In this document: positions 57,066 to 64,000 of the stretch, piece by piece
How positions within the stretch are numbered: position 1 is the first letter of the stretch
Layout of the letters: each line of letters begins with the position of its first letter
Made by a program: the position numbers and the translations under genes
The notes under the pieces: model-generated
What the model was told of the DNA's origin: nothing
The model's database searches: none
What the model saw: the letters and a program-made list of their open reading frames with translations, nothing else
NCBI GenBank assembly: GCA_963665115.1
Contig: OY762007.1
Coordinates: 6,656,001 to 6,720,000, forward strand
Source: an uncultured Rivularia sp.
GTDB lineage: Bacteria; Cyanobacteriota; Cyanobacteriia; Cyanobacteriales; Nostocaceae
Length of the DNA stretch: 64,000 bases
Reading direction: 5' to 3'

Positions 57066-57959
57066 GTGGAAAACAGTAAATCTTTTCTTATACCGCATAA
57101 ATATTTTTTTGCTTTGCTTCTCTTTACTGCTACTTTATGTTTGAGTTTAGTCGCTCCAGCAAATTTAAATTTATTACACGTATTAGGTATAAATAAACCG
57201 AAATTAAACATTGTTGATGCTTCCTCAAATAGTCAGCAGCAATTTGTGAAATTTCAAACCGCAATGGAGAAAACTTTAAACGAGCAGTTAAAAAGACAAA
57301 GCTTACTTTCTGCTGCTCCATCTAGTTTTAATGGAAAGGTTATTTATGAAATTAAACCTGTTGGAAATAAAAAAGTTATTGCCTTAACTTTTGATGATGG
57401 TCCTTGGAAAAAGACTACTCAACAGACATTAGATATATTGAAAAAAAATAATATTAAGGCAACATTTTTTGTCGTTGGTAGCGCTCTACAAAATCATCCT
57501 CAACTAGGAAAGCAGATAATAGCTGAAGGGCACGCCATAGCCAATCATACTTGGAATCATTGGTATCATTTCATGAATCCCCGAGCTGCTGCGATGGAAA
57601 TTGATCGAACAAGCGATTTAATTTATAAAGTGACTGGAGTTAAAACAAACTTATTTCGTCCACCAGGAGGACATTTAAGTAATGGCTTAGTTGCTCATGC
57701 TAAAAGAAACAAATATGCGACTTTGATGTGGTCTGCTGATTCTCGCGACTTCCAAAGACCTGCACCTGCGACAATGGTCAATACTGTGTTAAAAAACTCA
57801 CGTCCGGGTGGCATCATATTACTACATGATGGCGGTGGCGATCGCACTAACACAATAAAAGCTTTGCCTCAGATAATCGCTAAATTAAAGCAGCAAGGTT
57901 ATAGCTTCGTAACTATCCCCGAACTTTTAGAATTAGAAGAAAAAAAGAAGAAGAATTAG
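57066..57959 (+). CDS. Polysaccharide deacetylase (NodB family), N-terminally anchored
   Basis: LTFDDGP, NHTWNH, FRPPGG, LLHDGG. Confidence 0.93.
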   Translation: MENSKSFLIPHKYFFALLLFTATLCLSLVAPANLNLLHVLGINKPKLNIVDASSNSQQQFVKFQTAMEKTLNEQLKRQSLLSAAPSSFNGKVIYEIKPVGNKKVIALTFDDGPWKKTTQQTLDILKKNNIKATFFVVGSALQNHPQLGKQIIAEGHAIANHTWNHWYHFMNPRAAAMEIDRTSDLIYKVTGVKTNLFRPPGGHLSNGLVAHAKRNKYATLMWSADSRDFQRPAPATMVNTVLKNSRPGGIILLHDGGGDRTNTIKALPQIIAKLKQQGYSFVTIPELLELEEKKKKN

Positions 57960-58018
57960 GAAAGAGGGAGTAGAGGGAAGAGTTAAAAGTTAGTAATTTT
58001 ATTTCTACCCCCTATCCC

Positions 58019-59056
58019 CTATTCCCTATTCTCTTCACCTCCGAGAACAAAATTGGTAGAGCCATCTTGAGACGGATAAAAATCTTTATACCACCGGACA
58101 AATTTTTCAATTCCTTCCTCAATAGTTGTAGTCGGTTTGAATCCTACATCCTGGATTAATTCGTCAACATCTGCATAAGTACGGGGAACATCTCCGGGCT
58201 GCATCGGTAAAAAATTCTTTTGGGCTTCTTTACCCATTGCTTGTTCAATTACTTTAATAAAGGTCAATAACTCTACAGGCTTATTATTTCCAATATTATA
58301 AATTTTATAGCTAGCATTACTATGTTCTTTATTAATATATGGTTTTGGAGGTTGATGTATAACTCTGACAACACCTTCAATAACATCATCAATATAAGTA
58401 AAATCTCGCTGCATTTTACCGTAATTGAATATATTTATCGGCTCCGAATGTTCAATTGCTCTAACAAATTTGAAATAAGCCATATCAGGTCTGCCCCAAG
58501 GACCATATACTGTAAAAAAGCGCAATCCAGTAATAGGTAAACCGTACAAATGGCTGTAAGAATGTGCCATTAACTCGTTAGCTTTTTTAGTAGCAGCATA
58601 CAGTGAAACGGGATTATCTACATTATCGCTGACGGAGAAAGGAATTTTAGCATTCGTACCATAAACCGAACTAGACGAAGCAAAAACAAGATGTTGTGGT
58701 TGACTGTGACGACAAGCTTCGAGGATATTTGCAAACCCTACTAAATTAGTATCGACATAAGCGAAAGGATTTTCTAGTGAATAGCGTACCCCTGCTTGAG
58801 CAGCAAGATTAACTACACAATTAAAATCTTGCTCTTGAAAAAGTTGTAAAATTTCTTCGCGGTTGTTTAAATCTAAATGTTGAAATTGGAAATTAGTACT
58901 TGGTGTTAACTGTGCCAAACGAGCTTTTTTTAAATTAACATCATAATAATCGTTGAGATTATCAATTCCGTATACTTTTTCGCCATCTGCAAGCAATCTT
59001 TGTGCTAAATGGTATCCAATAAAACCTGCAACTCCAGTTATTAAAATTTTCATCAA
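58019..59056 (-). CDS. NAD-dependent epimerase (UDP-glucuronate 4-epimerase-like)
   Basis: GVAGFIG, LAAQAGVRYS, YAATKK, VYGPWGRPDM. Confidence 0.93.
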   Translation of the reverse strand: MMKILITGVAGFIGYHLAQRLLADGEKVYGIDNLNDYYDVNLKKARLAQLTPSTNFQFQHLDLNNREEILQLFQEQDFNCVVNLAAQAGVRYSLENPFAYVDTNLVGFANILEACRHSQPQHLVFASSSSVYGTNAKIPFSVSDNVDNPVSLYAATKKANELMAHSYSHLYGLPITGLRFFTVYGPWGRPDMAYFKFVRAIEHSEPINIFNYGKMQRDFTYIDDVIEGVVRVIHQPPKPYINKEHSNASYKIYNIGNNKPVELLTFIKVIEQAMGKEAQKNFLPMQPGDVPRTYADVDELIQDVGFKPTTTIEEGIEKFVRWYKDFYPSQDGSTNFVLGGEENRE

Positions 59057-59196
59057 AATTCTCCGATTAAATAATATTGTTGTATAAATGATAAATCTGG
59101 GAGTGGGGAGTGGTAAAGAAAATTATTAACCGCTACCACTGACTAATCCTAACTCCTCTATTGAACGCTTGTAATATACCGCAATCGCTGTTGGGT

Positions 59197-59280
59197 TGAA
59201 TTTCTATTGCAGCCCCGATTAAAGCGCGAATGGTGCCACCTTGACTTACTGCTAAAATAGTTAGATTTGGATGATAATGA
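59197..59280 (-). pseudogene. Possible remnant of a histidine phosphatase (PGM family)
   Basis: HPNLTILAVSQGGTIRALIGAAIEI resembles the ILxVSHGGxIRAL motif with the His lost. Confidence 0.5.
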
Positions 59281-59285
59281 ATTAT

Positions 59286-59412
59286 TAACTGAAATCTTGC
59301 ACCATTCTCAACAAGCCCAAAAAAACTCGGTTTCTTTTTGTGAAAGCATGATTTTTTCGTTGTGCAACGAGCAAGAAACCCGGCTTCTGACATTGCTGCA
59401 AGATGTGAATTA
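59286..59412. mobile_element. MITE-like element
   Basis: Imperfect TIRs TAACTGAAATCTTGCA / TGCAAGATGTGAATTA with TA ends; internal palindromes. Confidence 0.6.
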
Positions 59413-60399
59413 TTAATAGAATCTGTATAATAATCCAGTTGGATTTTTTAATAATTCGTCAGGAGGGAGAATAGGAAATGTTGCCAGACAATAAACTAGG
59501 TTCTTCAGTCGTTAGTATGCTAGATAATAGGTAAGTAATCTTCTGCAAGACTTGCTGTGAAGGGACTCCTCCTTCGGGATTAATATTATTTTCTAATATT
59601 CTTCTTTTCCCCGTTCCCTGTTCCCTTTTTTGATATTTAGTAAGCACAGCAAGTAACTAAGAAGCATAAATTAGAGGTATAGCCATAAAAGTATAAAAAT
59701 ATATAATCAGCCTCTAGGAGGAGGGCAAAAATTATAATTAGTCTTTATAAAAATCTTTAATTGAACTCAGCTAAGGTACAAAAAATAATCTTTGAGAAAA
59801 TAATAATAAACTGTTTAATTTTGCGGAATCTTATCGGGAGGATGTGATGGAGATAGTAAGTGAAATGGCATGGCGCATGCTCTCTTTGGGATATAGCAAA
59901 GAGAGCTATTTTCTTTTCTAAGGGAATAATTACTTGTATATAAATTTTATCCGAGCTATACAGATAAGAGTGAAAACCCAGTTTTCGAGTAAAAGCGAAT
60001 TTTTTAAATCTCACTCAATTGATGATTCAGCAGTACTGCACAATTTGATGATGGCGATCGCCCTCAACTGCATTGATGTCTGCAATTATATGACTGATAT
60101 AACTTCTTATTAACCAAAGTTCCAAGACTCTACCCTTATCCCCCCTACGGATTGCGCCACTTCCTCGTGCTGCGGGAGACGACCTACGAGAGTGGCTTAG
60201 CATCTTCCCCGATCCCACTTCCGAATGTTGCTCAAATTAAGCCTAAAAATCGCCCCGTTCGGTGCTAATCTTGAAGATGACATCGCTTAATTTTAACTTT
60301 CTCGACTTTCATCTCAGACTACGCTTACGAGTGAGGTATGAGATAAAAGCCGAATCGAAGTTCATGGTAAAATTCTGGATGGATGTAGGTGTAATCCAA

Positions 60400-60561
60400 A
60401 TTAAATGTAGAAATGCAGCCTACAATCAGACCCAGAATATTTTTTGTAAATCAAAAGTCCCGCTTGACGTAGGGCTTTAGGCTTATTTCTCAGTTAATGT
60501 CATCATCGATGAGTCACTGAGAAGCCTGCACTTTCCTGACGGATAAGCGTAGGTATGTCAC
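60400..60561 (+). mobile_element. Probable IS200/IS605 (tnpB) right-end remnant with omegaRNA-like hairpins
   Basis: Hairpin AGGCTT..TTCTCAGT...ACTGAGAAGCCT, then GAAGCCTGCACTT...AAGCGTAGGTATGTCAC ending in TCAC; upstream frame has RNAAYN, reminiscent of the TnpB RuvC-III NAAxN motif. Confidence 0.5.
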
Positions 60562-60592
60562 AGTCTCTACAGTTCTAATAGTGAAAATATAG

Positions 60593-62065
<1,473 letters not shown>

Positions 62066-62122
62066 AGATTAGTTGTTAGTTGTTAGTGGATAGTGGTTAG
62101 TGGGAGCCGAACAGCTCCCTAT

Positions 62123-62231
62123 TAGCAAGCGACCAAGATGGTACTAATTAACTACCAAGATGGTAGTAGCAAGCGATCAAGATGGTACTAATTAACTACC
62201 AAGATGGTAGTAGCAAGCGACCAAGATGGTC
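62123..62231. repeat. 22-bp-period tandem array (44-bp higher-order unit)
   Basis: CAAGATGGT at 62134, 62156, 62178, 62200 and 62222 with two alternating linkers. Confidence 0.85.
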
Positions 62232-62322
62232 GCACTACTAACTATTAACTATATGTTTGTTACTTAAAATGACTACAACTAACAACTAACAACTAACAAC
62301 TATCTACTAACAACTAGCAATT

Positions 62323-62736
62323 ATGACATTAACCGTTCGTGTAATCTCCCCAGATAAAACAGTCTGGGATTCAACGGCTGAAGAAGTCGTTTTACCAAGC
62401 ACTACCGGACAACTTGGTATACTTACCGGACACGCACCAATCTTAAGCGCATTAGATACAGGTGTAATGCGAGTGCGTGCCGATAGCAATCAAAATTGGG
62501 TAGCGATCGCCCTTTCTGGTGGCTTTGCAGAAGTCGAAGATGATGAAGTCACAATTTTGGTTAATGGTGCCGAGCAGGGTGATTCAATTAACCTTGAAGA
62601 AGCCCGTACTGCTTTCAACGAAGCTCAAACTCGTTTGAATCAGGTAGCGCAAGGGGACAGACAAGCCCAAATAAAAGCAACCCAAACCTACAAACGCACC
62701 CGCGCTCGCTTTCAAGCCGCTGGTGGTATGGTTTAA
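62323..62736 (+). CDS. atpC: F0F1 ATP synthase subunit epsilon
   Basis: [28 protein letters not shown]. Confidence 0.98.
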   Translation: MTLTVRVISPDKTVWDSTAEEVVLPSTTGQLGILTGHAPILSALDTGVMRVRADSNQNWVAIALSGGFAEVEDDEVTILVNGAEQGDSINLEEARTAFNEAQTRLNQVAQGDRQAQIKATQTYKRTRARFQAAGGMV

Positions 62737-62763
62737 ATATCTGCCTACTTGGAATTTAAATTA

Positions 62764-62798
62764 AAAACTCCTCCTTAGTGTTTATAAGGAGGAGTTTT
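62764..62798. terminator. Probable bidirectional terminator
   Basis: AAAACTCCTCCTTA...TAAGGAGGAGTTTT between convergent genes. Confidence 0.85.
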
Positions 62799-62906
62799 AG
62801 TTTTTAGTGGATGGGGACAAGGAGAGGAATAACTTACTTGCTACTTGCTACTTGCTACTTGCTACTTGCTACTTTCTACTTGCTACTTGCTACTCCCCAC
62901 TCTCTT

Positions 62907-63899
62907 CTACTTAAACTCATACTGCAATTTAGGCATCAGTCGCTGTAAATTCTTCAACAATCTTGTTTGCCAAGTCTTAGTACTAGAACCGATAATGTTT
63001 ATCTGAACCGTCTTTTTCTTACGCGCAGTGATAATAAATTTTGATAGCATATCGATTCCAGAACTATTGATAAGTTCCAGGTTTTGTAAATCAAGAGTTA
63101 TTAAATTTTTGTTTCTTTCTAGTACTTTATCGAATAAATCAAAAACAACTGTATACTCTTGCAATCCCCGAAGCCTGACTCTACCAGTGAAGTTAACAGC
63201 CTTACTATTGTTATCATAAACAATATTAAAATGTTCGCCTTTAACTTCTAACGGCTCAATATTGGTTTCAGCTTCAGTCTCAGTTTCAGTTTCTTGGTTT
63301 AGCTGTTCGGTTTGTTGTAACATTAGACGCACTAAAGTAGTAACACTCATCACCAACGAACTTTGATCCACAGTTTGGAACTTCCAGCCTAATTTGGCTG
63401 AATAGTCATTGATTATGCTTAAAAAACCTAATCCAGAACTAGTGTTATCCTCTAATTCTAATTCCGCATTTTTTTCTAACTGCCGAATATAAAGCTCATC
63501 TGGATCTGAATTATCTAATTCATTAATAAATTCTTTTAACCTTTCTGCATTTGCGGGAATAATCGTATTTTCCAGGAAAAATCTGATTTCGTTAGATACC
63601 AGTTCTATATGAAAAGTGATAGGATATTCAGTCTGCTCGTTGCAATACTTCATCCCGTTTTCTAGTAATTCATTCGCGATGTAGCTAGCCGAACTTTTTA
63701 TGTCAGCTAAATACTCGTCATTTTCAGATTCATTATCATCAACGTTTAATAAAGTTGCCAGGTACTCAGCAATATAGTCAGCAGATAAACCATTATTGCG
63801 CCAACGTTCGCTAATTGATACCGAAGAAGGAGAGAATCCTAAAGTTAAATTTTCCTTTTTATGTGTTGATTCAACGAAGTCACCAAATACTTGCACCAC
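62907..63899 (-). CDS. Slr1658-like (ATPase-fold regulator) fused to a Slr1659-like STAS-type domain
   Basis: RWRNNGLSADY, NELLENGMKY, SGLGFL; C-terminal LDLQNLELINSSGI STAS-like motif; acidic ET linker. Confidence 0.75.
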   Translation of the reverse strand: MVQVFGDFVESTHKKENLTLGFSPSSVSISERWRNNGLSADYIAEYLATLLNVDDNESENDEYLADIKSSASYIANELLENGMKYCNEQTEYPITFHIELVSNEIRFFLENTIIPANAERLKEFINELDNSDPDELYIRQLEKNAELELEDNTSSGLGFLSIINDYSAKLGWKFQTVDQSSLVMSVTTLVRLMLQQTEQLNQETETETEAETNIEPLEVKGEHFNIVYDNNSKAVNFTGRVRLRGLQEYTVVFDLFDKVLERNKNLITLDLQNLELINSSGIDMLSKFIITARKKKTVQINIIGSSTKTWQTRLLKNLQRLMPKLQYEFK

Positions 63900-64000
63900 T
63901 GCTATATTTCCCTCCCTAATAAATTGTGGCTCTAACTATATTTTTCGATCGGCTTTAGTATAGATTTCGGCAAGTTGATAGCTTGTAACTACTAACTGCT

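Noticed and set aside
59133..60480. Short ORFs between the epimerase and atpD as real genes
   Set aside because: They are composites of MITE, remnant and leader sequence with no coherent protein features, though 60027-60218 cannot be fully excluded.
62123..62231. Possible CRISPR mini-array
   Set aside because: The core is only ~9-11 bp, the linkers are ~12 bp and repeat alternately, and no cas genes are present.

Overview
AT-rich chromosomal window from a filamentous cyanobacterium, probably Nostocales (inferred from ntcA, psbD/psbC, ycf4, frequent HIP1 GCGATCGC sites and heptamer STRR tandem repeats). Most of it is core genes: gdhA, an acsF/heme oxygenase/hemN tetrapyrrole group, psbDC, a SWIM plus SNF2 pair (the SNF2 carries a mini-intein), pnp, ntcA, fabI, hisB, folP, tpiA and atpD/atpC. 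The stand-out is a ~9.5 kb accessory locus (32338-41877). A membrane-anchored AAA_35-type NTPase with 14 WD40 repeats and a soluble HTH plus AAA_35-type NTPase bracket three secreted-protein genes. All three secreted genes share the same upstream architecture, CCTGA-N6-CCTAT-N22-CATWAT, with extra 11-bp-periodic repeats nearby. This suggests a kinase-free, NTPase-coupled transmembrane signalling regulon. Five genes carry single-base +1 homopolymer insertions, most likely assembly errors. The intergenic DNA holds many MITE/REP-like elements and several gene remnants. All family assignments come from motif recognition by eye; no database search was run.
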